From an uncultured Pseudomonadota bacterium (GTDB taxonomy: Bacteria; Pseudomonadota; Alphaproteobacteria; JACZXZ01), in the NCBI GenBank assembly GCA_963749075.1, contig CAVVLJ010000020.1, forward strand, positions 1 to 64,000: 64,000 nucleotides of DNA, written 5' to 3'. Positions within the stretch are counted from its first letter, which is position 1. The number at the start of each line of letters is the position of its first letter. Under the pieces are notes generated by a model. The model saw only the letters and a program-made list of their open reading frames with translations, was not told the DNA's origin and ran no database searches. A program made the position numbers and the translations under genes. Positions 63,861 through 64,000 of this stretch are shown one piece after another.

Positions 63861-64000
63861 TCACCGGGCATTTGCTTCCGTGCGGTCGAATTTCCAGCCG
63901 GGGGGAAGCTTCTTGCGAAACGCGCGGATGCGCGCAAGCGCGCGCTCGCGGCTGCGGTCGCGCTCGATGTCGAAAGACCGCTCGCCCGCCACATGGACCT
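63861..64000 (-). CDS. AbrB/MazE-type antitoxin, 3' part only
   Basis: Manual translation ...VHVAGERSFDIERDRSRERALARIRAFRKKLPPGWKFDRTEANAR*, the typical C-terminus; directly upstream of the PIN gene. Confidence 0.8.
   Translation of the reverse strand, partial: VHVAGERSFDIERDRSRERALARIRAFRKKLPPGWKFDRTEANAR

Overview
High-GC alphaproteobacterial chromosomal window; the gene set and repeat types look Rhodospirillales-like (inference). Left end: partial cobS, an ABC-2 transporter pair and regB/regA, with regB broken by a +1 frameshift. About 4.8-34.8 kb is a Wzx/Wzy-type surface polysaccharide locus: a secreted Ala/Pro-rich protein, OM beta-barrel, Wza, Wzc, O-antigen-ligase-like and Wzy-like proteins, a WcaJ-type priming transferase, Wzx, four GT4 glycosyltransferases, an acyltransferase, a NodU-type carbamoyltransferase, two epimerases and HldE. 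Embedded in it is the best candidate for an unusual system: two recently duplicated LapG-like periplasmic cysteine proteases with an altered Ca2+ motif, divergent from a membrane receptor carrying a catalytically degenerate HD-GYP domain, with no T1SS or adhesin in the window. Other notable signals are a tandem NrdR-box-like pair upstream of the locus and two inverted 138-bp palindromic elements bracketing the GT-GT-carbamoyltransferase block. The right half holds mmcB, a Spy-like protein, NatAB, a secreted caspase-Sel1 protein and a TPR-2OG oxygenase. It also has a probable decayed island ending at tRNA-Arg(CCG), containing TA modules, qNor-nnrS-Crp/Fnr with adjacent FNR and CRP boxes, and an orphan VgrG-tip-like protein. 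NhaP, a Rieske oxygenase, a lysophospholipase, an ABC ATPase, a zf-CHCC protein and a further TA pair close the window. All calls come from motif recognition by eye; no searches were run.
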